This document shows, one piece after another, positions 28,814 to 38,563 of a DNA stretch of 64,000 bases; within the stretch, counting starts at the first letter, position 1, and each line of letters begins with the position of its first letter. Where the stretch lies: positions 245,109 through 309,108 of the forward strand of contig DISH01000004.1 in assembly GCA_002421665.1 (NCBI GenBank), read 5' to 3'. The notes beneath the pieces were generated by a model. That model did no database searches and was not told where the DNA came from. It saw only the letters and a list, made by a program, of their open reading frames with translations. A program made the translations under genes and the position numbers. This DNA is from Candidatus Omnitrophica bacterium UBA6215 (GTDB lineage: Bacteria; Omnitrophota; Gorgyraeia; Pluralincolimonadales; Pluralincolimonadaceae).

Positions 28814-29869
28814 ATGTTTCCGGAGATAGATATAATAGTGCTCAGCTACCTGGAATCCGACCGCCTGATCAAATGCGTCGACTCGGTGCTTATGTCCACC
28901 TATCCGAACATACGGGTCTTTATAGTGGATAACGGATCAGGGCCTGAGGTCACGGCGAGGATAAAGGACAGGTACTCGGGCCGGGCCAAAGTGGTCCTGA
29001 TAGAGAACGGCAGGAACCTGGGTTACGCCGGAGGAAATAACATAGCCTTGAAGATAGCCGAGGGCAGGTATTGCGTAATGCTCAACAACGACGCGATTGT
29101 CGACTGCAACTGGCTGGAACCTATGGTTGAGCTTATGGAGAAGAACCCCGGTGCCGGCGCCTGCCAGCCGAAGATACTGAATATAAATGACCCCGGAAGG
29201 TTCGAATATGCCGGCGCGGCAGGGGGCTATATCGATATATACGGTTATCCTTTTATGAGAGGCAGGATTTTTGACACAATAGAATCTGACAACGGACAAT
29301 ACGATGATAATGCCGAATTAGACTGGTGTTCGGGAGCCGCTTTTATGGTAAGGACAGACGTTTTTAAAAAGACGGGATTTTTTGATCCGGCTTTTTTTAT
29401 GTATGCGGAAGAGATAGATCTCTGCTGGAGAATAAGGCGATGCTCATATCGCATCCTGTTTGTCCCAAGGTCAAAGGTATATCACGAGGGGATGGGGTCC
29501 ATAAAGAACAGGCAGATATTTAAACTGCATCTGAATTACAGGAACAACTTGATATTGCTGCTAAAGAACTACAGTTTTATGCATTTACTTAGCAGGATGC
29601 CGGTGAGGATGATTTTGGATTGCGTGAGCGCGGTTTATTTCCTGCTGAATAAGCCTGCGAAGATGCGTTTTCTCGCCATATTGTGGGCCTACGGCGAACT
29701 TATCATCATGCTGCCAAGGATCATCTATGCGAGATATTCCGTTCAGCGGTTGTTCAAAGATCGCTGTCCTGAACCCGTGAAGTACCCGCTTTTTGACGTG
29801 AACATAACGTTTCAGTACTTCATTTTAGGTAAAAAGAAGTTCAATGAATTGATCTTAAGGAGGAGATGA
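28814..29869 (+). CDS. GT2 family glycosyltransferase
   Basis: IDIIVLSYLESDRLIKCVDSV...VFIVDNGS ... MLNNDA (DXD-like) ... CSGAAFMVR. A TTG at 28802 is also possible. Confidence 0.8.
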   Translation: MFPEIDIIVLSYLESDRLIKCVDSVLMSTYPNIRVFIVDNGSGPEVTARIKDRYSGRAKVVLIENGRNLGYAGGNNIALKIAEGRYCVMLNNDAIVDCNWLEPMVELMEKNPGAGACQPKILNINDPGRFEYAGAAGGYIDIYGYPFMRGRIFDTIESDNGQYDDNAELDWCSGAAFMVRTDVFKKTGFFDPAFFMYAEEIDLCWRIRRCSYRILFVPRSKVYHEGMGSIKNRQIFKLHLNYRNNLILLLKNYSFMHLLSRMPVRMILDCVSAVYFLLNKPAKMRFLAILWAYGELIIMLPRIIYARYSVQRLFKDRCPEPVKYPLFDVNITFQYFILGKKKFNELILRRR

Positions 29870-29870
29870 G

Positions 29871-30821
29871 ATGGGTAGTTTTATGTCCTTGGTTATCCCC
29901 GTTTATAACGAACAGGACAACCTGCAGTATTTGTATGAGAGGATAGTGAAAACGCTCGATCCGCGTAAAAGTATTTTTGAGATAATTTTTGTCAATGACG
30001 GCAGCACAGACGGTTCATTGGATATATTGAAGGACCTTCACGGGAAAGATGCGCGCGTTAAAATAGTGGACCTGTCAAGGAATTTTGGACACGAGATAGC
30101 CACGAGCGCCGGGTTGAGATATGCAAAAGGAGATGTTGTAGTTGTAATGGAATCCGATCTCCAAAGGCCTCCGGAATTCATTCCCGTGCTTTTATCAAAA
30201 TATGAAGAAGGGTTCGACGTAGTCTGCGCTTTGAGGAAGCAGCGAAGGGCGGAATCGTTTTATAAAGTGGTGGTATCCAAACTGTTCTACAGGCTGATCA
30301 ACAGGATAATAGAGATCCGGTTGCCGCAGGATTCTACGGAATTTATATTGCTTAACAGGAAGGCGGTTGATGCGATATTGAGGTTTGACGAAAACATCCG
30401 ATTCTTTAGGGGGATCGTATCGTGGATCGGGTTCAAATCCGCGGTTGTATACTACGAAGAGGATTCGCGCTACAAGGGGCGGTCAAAGTATGATCTTTCA
30501 GGCCTTTTGAAATTGGCGGTTGATATTATAACGGGCTATTCCATCAAGCCGCTGGCTTTCGTTACATATACCGGTTTCACGGTATTTTTGGCCAGTTTCG
30601 TCATGATCCTGTATTATTTTATCAAGACCATAGTGAGCGGGATATCCTTTCCCGGTTATGCCTCTCTTATGATCACGATATTGATGATAGGCGGAGTTCA
30701 ATTGCTTTCCATAGGTATAATAGGACAATATATCGGCAGGATTTATACGGAAACGCAGAGAAGGCCGCTTTATCTTGTAAATGATCTTATAGGGATAAAT
30801 GATAAAGATAATGCGCGTTAA
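29871..30821 (+). CDS. GT2 polyprenol-phosphate glycosyltransferase (ArnC/GtrB-like, C-terminal TM helices)
   Basis: SLVIPVYNEQDNL...IFVNDGSTDGS ... two C-terminal TM helices. Strong SD AAGGAGGAG upstream. Confidence 0.8.
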   Translation: MGSFMSLVIPVYNEQDNLQYLYERIVKTLDPRKSIFEIIFVNDGSTDGSLDILKDLHGKDARVKIVDLSRNFGHEIATSAGLRYAKGDVVVVMESDLQRPPEFIPVLLSKYEEGFDVVCALRKQRRAESFYKVVVSKLFYRLINRIIEIRLPQDSTEFILLNRKAVDAILRFDENIRFFRGIVSWIGFKSAVVYYEEDSRYKGRSKYDLSGLLKLAVDIITGYSIKPLAFVTYTGFTVFLASFVMILYYFIKTIVSGISFPGYASLMITILMIGGVQLLSIGIIGQYIGRIYTETQRRPLYLVNDLIGINDKDNAR

Positions 30822-32529
30822 AAAGGCGTTCTTTGTTCTTGCGGCCGTAGCTGTGTTGGCTGCCCTGCACTTTGCTTCCGTTGTGTCCAAGATGCCCAAT
30901 AAGTTTGACAATGAGCCTTCTGCCGGCGCCTTCGGAGGTATCCGCCTGCATTACTTGAACGTACTTAATTTTGACTTTTCGCGCGGCGTCTCTTCCCCGG
31001 AGGGGACTTCGCACATACTGGATAATTTTTTCAAATCGGCCGTAAGCGGGACCCATGGCCTCCTGGATTTCGCGCACTGGTATATCTATTCGGGAATATA
31101 CGACATGTTTGGGATACCCGTGAACGAGTTTTGGATGATTATGGCCCAGGCCATCGCGATGTTCACAGGTGTGCTTATCATGTCGTTCTTGGTTTATAAA
31201 GTTTATGATAGTGGAATTATAGCGTTGTTCTTTCTGGCTATGTCGTCGGCATTGTTTGTGCATCATTCGATAAATTTCTATATAATACCGGTTAACACCT
31301 TTTACGAAGGCCTGTTGTTGCTGGTCCTGTATTATTATGATTGGAAGGGACCTTCGGCCCGGGCCAGGTTGTTTTTACTGTTCACGCTCCTCGTAAATTC
31401 AGCATCGGGTAACGTAATCAAGCTTCCCTTATATGCCTATTTTGCCTGGTCGGCCGCCTATAAGCGCGACGGGTATGGGATCGTCCGTTCTTGCGGCGAA
31501 TACCTGGTAAAGAGGGCCGCGAACCTCATTGTGTTATTCCCGGTCGGGTTGGCCGTTGCCGCACATCTTTATGTTTACAAGCGCATCGGAGACAGCAACC
31601 TGGGGCTTCTCGGGTGGGTATCCCAGAAGGTGGGGATAGGGGCGCCTATGGTCTCAAGGTTTTCAGCTTTTGGAAACACCATCTCGAGCATGATATTCAA
31701 CAAGACCTGGCAATGGTGGGTATTTGTCGTGGCAGCGGTCTTCTATGCCCTGGCCGTCATCAGGGGAAGAAGGAAAGCGCCTCTGCTGCTCTTTCCTTTC
31801 CTTTACTATGCTTATATAATAAATTTCGAGCCGAATTCGGCTCTTCTGCCGCTGCTGGTCCTCATGAGCATAGGATCGGCCCAGATGTTCGTTATGGCCC
31901 GCGGCATAAACAGGCAAGGGGCCCTGAGATCCCTGTGTATTGCCTTTTGCATGATATTTACCGTCTATATGATCGCGGCGCCGATAGTATCGGATATATA
32001 TTCCATGAAGGCGGCGGGGAACCGTACACCTAATTATCTTAAGGCGGCCGGATACTTCCTCAGGGAGCATATGTCTGCAGGCGACAAGATCGCCAGCCTT
32101 CTTGATGAGAAGCAGAATATCCTGAACGAATATTATTACGGAAAGAATTTCTTCAAAAGCCCGGTTTACGGTAAGTATATATACGACATGAGGAACATTA
32201 CTGAGCCATTCTCGCCTTCGAACCCGGTTGAGCGCGGAGAGATCCCCGGGACATTCGCTTTCTATGTGATATCTCCGTACCTTTACGCCTCCGACGGCGG
32301 TTACCGGGCGTTTGTGGACAATGAGATAAGGGCTCATTCTCTGAAGAAAGCCGCGGATATAGCCGACGGGAAAACGGTATACCTTTGGATCTATTCGTCA
32401 GGGAAACCGGGCTATGAAAGGGTGGAAGTCTCTGAAGCCAACAGGTTATTTGACAGCGAGTACGCCAACCTGAAGAACCTATTCTATAACAGGCACGTGG
32501 GCGTTGCCTCTACCTGGGGGTTCTATTGA
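30811..32529 (+). CDS. large polytopic membrane protein, putative GT-C-fold glycosyltransferase
   Basis: More than 12 TM helices plus a large C-terminal soluble domain. Immediately follows the polyprenol-P GT, giving an ArnC/ArnT-like gene pair. Confidence 0.5.
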   Translation: MRVKKAFFVLAAVAVLAALHFASVVSKMPNKFDNEPSAGAFGGIRLHYLNVLNFDFSRGVSSPEGTSHILDNFFKSAVSGTHGLLDFAHWYIYSGIYDMFGIPVNEFWMIMAQAIAMFTGVLIMSFLVYKVYDSGIIALFFLAMSSALFVHHSINFYIIPVNTFYEGLLLLVLYYYDWKGPSARARLFLLFTLLVNSASGNVIKLPLYAYFAWSAAYKRDGYGIVRSCGEYLVKRAANLIVLFPVGLAVAAHLYVYKRIGDSNLGLLGWVSQKVGIGAPMVSRFSAFGNTISSMIFNKTWQWWVFVVAAVFYALAVIRGRRKAPLLLFPFLYYAYIINFEPNSALLPLLVLMSIGSAQMFVMARGINRQGALRSLCIAFCMIFTVYMIAAPIVSDIYSMKAAGNRTPNYLKAAGYFLREHMSAGDKIASLLDEKQNILNEYYYGKNFFKSPVYGKYIYDMRNITEPFSPSNPVERGEIPGTFAFYVISPYLYASDGGYRAFVDNEIRAHSLKKAADIADGKTVYLWIYSSGKPGYERVEVSEANRLFDSEYANLKNLFYNRHVGVASTWGFY

Positions 32530-32530
32530 T

Positions 32531-33484
32531 ATGGCAAAGATAAGCGTAATCATACCTACTTACAACAGGGCCGCTTACATAAAAGAAGCCATAGACAGCG
32601 TGCTTGCCCAAATTCACGAGGATATCGAGGTCATAGTCGTTGACGACAGCTCCCGCGACGGCACCGCCGGGATCGTCTCCGCTTACGGGGACAGGGTCAG
32701 GTATATACTCCAGGATAACAGGGAGAGGGGCGCGGCAAGGAATACCGGCATAAGGAATTCTACGGGCGAGTATATAGCGTTCCTCGATTCGGATGATTCA
32801 TGGCTTCCCGGACACCTGGCATCCTGCCTTGAGACGCTTTTGCGCGTTCCCGGCGCGGGCGCGGCTTATTCGGGCTCGTACATGACGGATGAGACCGGAA
32901 AGATAATCGGGAAACTGCCCGCAGCGGCTTTCGGCGACGACCCGCTCAGGGAGATCGTTTCGGGTTTTTCCTCGCGCGGATGCAATGCATCATCCGTGCT
33001 TGTCAGGAGGCAGGTCTTCGAAAATGCCGGTATGTTCAGCGAGGTCAGGGATCTCTCGGGTTCCGAGGACTGGGAGATGTGGACCAGGATAGCGGCCTGT
33101 TCGAAATTGGCATTCAGCGGGAATTTTACGGCGAAGATACGGTTCCACGGCGGGAAATCTTCAATAGATCCGGTCAGGATGGAGAAGTCCATGAAACTTG
33201 CCATGCACCTGGTTTTTGCGAACCCATGCATCGCCCCGAAGGCAGAATCCTTAAAAGGAAAAGCCTATTCCGGCCTTTATACCATAATAGCCGTGAATTA
33301 TTATGCGGCAGGGAGGATGAAGGATGCCAGGCATAACCTCATGATGGCCCTTAAAGCGCGGCCGTCGTCATTATTGAGCAATCCGTTGTTGGCCTATACA
33401 TTCCTGAGGAGCCTGACAGGCCGCGGGGTATCTGCAACCATGAGGAAGATGAAATGGGGATTAGGGGCGAGGCTGGGAAGATGA
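32531..33484 (+). CDS. GT2 family glycosyltransferase
   Basis: ISVIIPTYNRAAYIKEAIDSVLAQ...VIVVDDSSRDGT ... FLDSDD. Confidence 0.8.
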   Translation: MAKISVIIPTYNRAAYIKEAIDSVLAQIHEDIEVIVVDDSSRDGTAGIVSAYGDRVRYILQDNRERGAARNTGIRNSTGEYIAFLDSDDSWLPGHLASCLETLLRVPGAGAAYSGSYMTDETGKIIGKLPAAAFGDDPLREIVSGFSSRGCNASSVLVRRQVFENAGMFSEVRDLSGSEDWEMWTRIAACSKLAFSGNFTAKIRFHGGKSSIDPVRMEKSMKLAMHLVFANPCIAPKAESLKGKAYSGLYTIIAVNYYAAGRMKDARHNLMMALKARPSSLLSNPLLAYTFLRSLTGRGVSATMRKMKWGLGARLGR

Positions 33485-34713
33485 AAACCTTATTCATAAC
33501 ATATAACGGGGCTACCGAACCCCTGATAAGGTCCCAGGGCATCCCGTATCTAAAGGGCCTCTCGAAAAACGGGATAAATTGTGTTATCATGAGTTTCGAG
33601 AAAACCTCTGCCGACAAGAAAGTCCAGGAAGAGATAGAGAAAGAATTACATGAGGCAGGTATCGAATGGGTAAGTTTGCGTTATCATAAGAGCCCTTCGC
33701 TGCCGGCCACGTTTTTTGATATTATCTGCGGCGTCGTCTACGGTACCGGACTGGCAGTTTCCAGGGGCGTGGACGTTATACACGCAAGGGCTACGGTCCC
33801 GGCAGTAATGGCTTTTTTCATATCCCGGCTTTCACGTAAGAAGTTCATATACGATGAAAGGGGATTGATGGCCGAGGAATACGCCGACGGCGGCATGTGG
33901 AAGCGAGGCGGTCTCCTGTACAAGGCGGCAAGATATATAGAAAGAAGGTTGCTTGTAGGAGCCGATTCGGTCATTGTCCTGACGCAGAACATAAAGAAGT
34001 TCCTGACGGAAGGCAGTTACCTTCCGAGTGTACGCCGTTTGCCGCCGATAGATGTCATAGCCTGTTGCGTGGACCTGGGGAGGTTCTCCTACCGGCCTGA
34101 ATATAAGCGCCAGGCGAGGGAATCTGTGGCGCCAAGCCTGGGGGACGGGTTTGTGTTCATATATACGGGTTCCCTCGGGACGTGGTACATGCTTGATGAA
34201 ATGCTTGATTTCTATGCCGTCGCGAGGCGGGTTATTCCGGGAGCGCGCCTGCTTATCGTTACGCATAGCGACCGCAAGACGGTAGCCGCTTCGGCGGCCA
34301 AGCGGGGGTTTGCTCCGGATGAGGTAATTGCGGTCTCCGCCGGTTTCGACGAGATGTCTGTGTATCTTAATGCCGCCGACGCAGGCCTGTTCTTTATAAA
34401 ACCGGTACTTTCCAAGAGGTCGTCATGTCCCATAAAGTTTGCGGAATATCTTGCCTGCGGACTTCCCGTGGTAATCAATTCCGGCATAGGGGATACGGCT
34501 GCCGTCGTCAATGACGGTCCGCTCGGCGCGGTGGTTAAAGGTTTCTCGCGCGCGGAATATGAAAAGGCGGCGCTTGAAATCGTAAAACTTACCGGGGACG
34601 GCAATACCCCGCGTCTTTGCCGCTTGGCCGCTGAAAGGATGTTTTCGCTGGATTCGGGTATAGAGAAGTACCAAGAGGTCTATAACAGGTTGTCGATCAC
34701 GGGAAAGGGATAG
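33481..34713 (+). CDS. GT4 family (GT-B) glycosyltransferase
   Basis: Glycos_transf_1-like C-terminus (FAEYLACGLPVVINSGIGDTAAVVNDG). ATGA overlap. Confidence 0.75.
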   Translation: MKTLFITYNGATEPLIRSQGIPYLKGLSKNGINCVIMSFEKTSADKKVQEEIEKELHEAGIEWVSLRYHKSPSLPATFFDIICGVVYGTGLAVSRGVDVIHARATVPAVMAFFISRLSRKKFIYDERGLMAEEYADGGMWKRGGLLYKAARYIERRLLVGADSVIVLTQNIKKFLTEGSYLPSVRRLPPIDVIACCVDLGRFSYRPEYKRQARESVAPSLGDGFVFIYTGSLGTWYMLDEMLDFYAVARRVIPGARLLIVTHSDRKTVAASAAKRGFAPDEVIAVSAGFDEMSVYLNAADAGLFFIKPVLSKRSSCPIKFAEYLACGLPVVINSGIGDTAAVVNDGPLGAVVKGFSRAEYEKAALEIVKLTGDGNTPRLCRLAAERMFSLDSGIEKYQEVYNRLSITGKG

Positions 34714-34717
34714 ATAC

Positions 34718-35590
34718 ATGGCAAAGAAAGTGCTTGTTACCGGCGCCAACGGTATGTTGGCGGACGCGCTGTGTCCGTTGCTAAGGAAGGCCGGTTATGA
34801 TGTAGCCGCTACCGATATAAACGGGGACAGCGGTATCATCAAAAGCGACATCAGGCAGGTCAACAGCATGCTCTCAGTTGTAAAGGAACACCGGCCGGAG
34901 ATAATATTCCATCTTGCCGCCGAGACCGACGTCGATAAATGCGAGTTACAACCCGAGCACGCATATAATACGAACTGGCAGGGCACGGAGAACATAGCCA
35001 CCATATGTAAGGAACTCGACTTGACGATGGTGTATATAAGTACCGGCGCAGTATTTGACGGAGGGAAGGAGGGCGGTTACATAGAAACGGACAAGCCGGA
35101 TCCCATAAGCATATACGGCATGAGCAAGCTTAAAGGGGAAGAGGCGGTACGCAGTCTTTTGAGTAAATACTACATAGTCCGGGCCGGGTGGATGATAGGC
35201 GGGCATAACAAGGACAAGAAATTCGTGTGGAAGATCGTGCAACTGCTCAACTCCAAGCCGGAGATATCTGTTGTTACCGACAAGACGGGCAGCCCGACGT
35301 TCACATCCGATTTTTCCCGGGGAATAGTTGACATCGTAGGCAGCGGAAAATACGGCCTTTACCATTGCGTCAATAAAGGGATATGCACCCGTTACGATAT
35401 AGCCGTCAAGATAGCGGAGTTCCTGGGAAAGAAAGAGGTCGTGATAAAGCCGGTTACTTCGGATGCCTTCCCTTTGCCTGCGCCAAGAGGCAAGTCCGAA
35501 GCTATGCTCAACCACAACCTGTCCAAACTCGGGCTCGACAAGGCCAGGCCTTGGCAGGAAGCCCTGAAGGAATACCTGAAAAACATATAA
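34718..35590 (+). CDS. rfbD: dTDP-4-dehydrorhamnose reductase
   Basis: VLVTGANGMLA, YGMSKLKGE (YxxxK), RAGWMIG; about 290 aa as for RmlD. Confidence 0.85.
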   Translation: MAKKVLVTGANGMLADALCPLLRKAGYDVAATDINGDSGIIKSDIRQVNSMLSVVKEHRPEIIFHLAAETDVDKCELQPEHAYNTNWQGTENIATICKELDLTMVYISTGAVFDGGKEGGYIETDKPDPISIYGMSKLKGEEAVRSLLSKYYIVRAGWMIGGHNKDKKFVWKIVQLLNSKPEISVVTDKTGSPTFTSDFSRGIVDIVGSGKYGLYHCVNKGICTRYDIAVKIAEFLGKKEVVIKPVTSDAFPLPAPRGKSEAMLNHNLSKLGLDKARPWQEALKEYLKNI

Positions 35591-36672
35591 TGAAGATATT
35601 ATTCCTGGAGCCGTATCCTACGCAAGGCCCTAGCAGCAGGTACAGGGTGGAACAGTATATCCCTTACCTGAGATCAATGGGTATAGAATGCCTGGTGAGC
35701 CCTTTCATCAGCCCTTCATTTTACAGGATCCTGTATAAAAAAGGTATGTATGCCAGAAAATGCGCCTATTTTTGCGCAGGGGTCCTGAGAAGGGTCGTAG
35801 ACCTGTTCAGGGCCGTTACCTGTGACGCCGTTTTTATACATCTTGAGGCCTTTCCGCTCGGGCCTCCCGTAATGGAATGGCTGTTATCTGCCATGGGCAA
35901 GAAGATAATATATGACCTGGATGACGCGATATATCTCGGAGTGGCCAGCCAGAACAACAGCTTCCTGAAAAAGCTGAAGTGCCCCTGGAAGATACCCGTT
36001 ATAATATCCATGAGCAGGCACGTGATAACCTGCAACGAACACCTCGCGCAATATTCCCGGAAATTCAACAAGAACGTAACTATAATACATACATCCGTCG
36101 ATACGGACAGGTTCAAGCCTTCAAGCGGCGTTTCGCCCGGGCCGTTGACGATCGGCTGGATAGGAAGCCATAGCACGGCAAAATATTTCGAATCGCTTAA
36201 AGAGGTTTTTGCGGCGCTCCATGCCCGCGGGCTTGGATTCAGGGTAAAGGTAATAGGGGCCTTTCGTAAGGTCTTTGAGATCCCCGGCGTGGAGATAATT
36301 TACAAGGACTGGAGCCTTGAGGATGAGATAACCGAGTTCCAGTCACTGGATATCGGGGTCTATCCGCTTCCTGACGATGAATGGACCGCAGGGAAGACGG
36401 GTTTCAAGACGATACAGTACATGAGCGTGGCGGTCCCTTGCGTGGCCTCGAACGCCGGCCCTAACCGTATGATAATAGAAGAGGGGATCAACGGTTTCCT
36501 GGCAAAGGACACGGGGGAATGGGTCGATAAATTATCGGCTTTGATCAGCGATACCGGTTTGAGGGGCAGGATAGGCCGTGAGGGGCGAAAGACGGTCCTG
36601 GAGAAATATTCGCTCCAGGTGAACGCGCCAAAGATATTGGAGATAATACGTTCGGCGGCGGAGGCGAAATAG
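35590..36672 (+). CDS. GT4 family (GT-B) glycosyltransferase
   Basis: IGWIGSHSTAKYF ... EGINGFLA. The ATG at 35590 overlaps the rfbD stop (TAATG); the longer ORF from 35383 is an in-frame upstream extension. Confidence 0.75.
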   Translation: MKILFLEPYPTQGPSSRYRVEQYIPYLRSMGIECLVSPFISPSFYRILYKKGMYARKCAYFCAGVLRRVVDLFRAVTCDAVFIHLEAFPLGPPVMEWLLSAMGKKIIYDLDDAIYLGVASQNNSFLKKLKCPWKIPVIISMSRHVITCNEHLAQYSRKFNKNVTIIHTSVDTDRFKPSSGVSPGPLTIGWIGSHSTAKYFESLKEVFAALHARGLGFRVKVIGAFRKVFEIPGVEIIYKDWSLEDEITEFQSLDIGVYPLPDDEWTAGKTGFKTIQYMSVAVPCVASNAGPNRMIIEEGINGFLAKDTGEWVDKLSALISDTGLRGRIGREGRKTVLEKYSLQVNAPKILEIIRSAAEAK

Positions 36673-36673
36673 A

Positions 36674-38563
36674 TTGTGCGGGATATGCGGTATAGTCGAT
36701 TATAGCGGAAAGCCCGTTGAGAAAGGCGCCGTAGGGAGGATGTGCATGGCCCTTGAGCACAGAGGTCCTGACGGCGAGGGGATATATATAGACCCTCCGG
36801 GTTCAGTCGGCCTGGGGCACAGGAGATTGAGTATAATAGACCTTTCTGACGAAGCTTCACAGCCCATGCATAACGAGGACAGCAGCGTATGGCTTGTCTT
36901 CAACGGCGAGATATATAATTTCCATGAATTGCGTCCCGGATTGGAGAAGAAAGGGCACCGCTTTGTGTCCCACTCGGATACGGAGACGATAGTGCATTTA
37001 TACGAGGAATACGGGGAAGATTGCGTGAACCGTCTGCGCGGGATGTTCGCTTTCGCCATCTGGGATGCCGGCAAGAAGAAGATTTTTGCCGCAAGGGACA
37101 GGGCAGGCAAGAAACCTTTCCTATATTCGTGGGATGGGCAGCGTTTTGTGTTCGCTTCGGAATTTTGCGCGATGCTTGAGAGCGGCAGCGTCCGCAGGGA
37201 CATAGAGGAGAACGCTGTCAGCTATTACATGAGCCTCGGGTATATACCGGCGCCTATGACGATATTCAAGGGTATAAGGAAGCTCATGCCTGCGCATACC
37301 CTTATCGCCGATGCTTCGGGCGTCAGGACCCGGAAATATTGGGACCTCGATTATACCTCTAAATTGCGCATAGGAGAGGACGAAGCTGCGGAGAGGTTCC
37401 TGGAACTTTTCAGGGAAGCGGTAAAGATAAGGCTCTATAGCGATGTGCCGCTCGGGGCTTTCCTAAGCGGCGGCGTAGATTCAAGCTGCGTTGTCGCGAT
37501 GATGAGCGAGTTTACCAGGGTAAAGACCTTCTCGATAGGTTTCGAGGAACAGGATTACAGCGAGATAGAGTACGCGCGCCAGGTATCACGCATCTTCGGG
37601 ACAGAACACCGCGAATTCATAGTAAAGCCCGACGCCCTGGATATAATAAGCCTTCTTACGCAAAGGTACGGCGAGCCGTACGCCGATTCCTCGTGCATAC
37701 CTACGTATTACGTGTCGCAGGAAACAAGGAAATTCGTAACAGTTGCCTTGAACGGTGACGGAGGCGATGAATCGTTCGGCGGATATGAGCGCTACCAGGC
37801 GATGAATGCGGCGGATAAGATAGGCAGGCCGGGCCTTAGGGATATTTCGAGGGTTGTTTCCGGCCTGTTGCCGGATTCGACGGAACCCAAGAGTTTTTCT
37901 AGAAGGGTAAAGCGTTTCCTTGGGAATGCCGGGCTTCCTGCGGCAGAAAGATACCTAAGGTGGGTCGGTATATCCGGCGACATACGGTTGGCAGACCTCT
38001 ATTCGCGTGACTTTGCGGCAAAGACGGATATTAACGCTCCCCTGGAGTTATTGAAGCCGTATTTTTCTATGCCGGGAAAGATGGACCTGCTGGACAGGCT
38101 TCTCAAGGCCGACGTGAACACCTATCTTCCTAACGATTTGCTCGTGAAAGTGGATATTGCAGCCATGGCCAATTCACTGGAAGGGCGATCTCCTTTCCTG
38201 GACCATATGGTCATGGAGTTCGCGGCCGGGCTGCCGTCGTCATACAAGATAAGGGGTTCGATCAAAAAATATATAGTAAAGAAAGCCTTTTCAAACAAGC
38301 TCCCGGGCGCTATACTGGGCAGGAGGAAGATGGGCTTCGGCTTGCCCGTAGGCAGGTGGTTCAGGGGAGAACTGAAAGATTACCTGCGCCAGACATTGCT
38401 TTCGGAAACTTCGTTGGGCAGGGGATATTTTGACCGGGACAAGGTCAGGTCGATGGTCGATTCCCATACGGAAGGCCGCCGCGACCTGTCTTTCCAGTTA
38501 TGGGCCATGCTTATGCTTGAGCTCTGGCATAAAAAATTCATCGACGAGAGGACCGTATGCTGA
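36674..38563 (+). CDS. asnB: asparagine synthase (glutamine-hydrolysing) family amidotransferase
   Basis: N-terminal MCGICGI nucleophile Cys2 (needs the TTG start at 36674), then SGGVDSS PP-loop. Confidence 0.9.
   Translation: MCGICGIVDYSGKPVEKGAVGRMCMALEHRGPDGEGIYIDPPGSVGLGHRRLSIIDLSDEASQPMHNEDSSVWLVFNGEIYNFHELRPGLEKKGHRFVSHSDTETIVHLYEEYGEDCVNRLRGMFAFAIWDAGKKKIFAARDRAGKKPFLYSWDGQRFVFASEFCAMLESGSVRRDIEENAVSYYMSLGYIPAPMTIFKGIRKLMPAHTLIADASGVRTRKYWDLDYTSKLRIGEDEAAERFLELFREAVKIRLYSDVPLGAFLSGGVDSSCVVAMMSEFTRVKTFSIGFEEQDYSEIEYARQVSRIFGTEHREFIVKPDALDIISLLTQRYGEPYADSSCIPTYYVSQETRKFVTVALNGDGGDESFGGYERYQAMNAADKIGRPGLRDISRVVSGLLPDSTEPKSFSRRVKRFLGNAGLPAAERYLRWVGISGDIRLADLYSRDFAAKTDINAPLELLKPYFSMPGKMDLLDRLLKADVNTYLPNDLLVKVDIAAMANSLEGRSPFLDHMVMEFAAGLPSSYKIRGSIKKYIVKKAFSNKLPGAILGRRKMGFGLPVGRWFRGELKDYLRQTLLSETSLGRGYFDRDKVRSMVDSHTEGRRDLSFQLWAMLMLELWHKKFIDERTVC

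Noticed and set aside
31491-32033. 180-aa + strand alternative-frame ORF inside the GT-C-like membrane gene
   Set aside because: Arg/Gly-rich out-of-frame translation of a gene whose main frame encodes a coherent polytopic membrane protein.
35383-35589. Upstream in-frame extension of the GT4 ORF (35383–36672) overlapping rfbD by ~200 nt
   Set aside because: The extension is a reading-frame artefact inside rfbD; the ATG at 35590 overlaps the rfbD stop (TAATG) and begins a canonical GT-B N-terminus.
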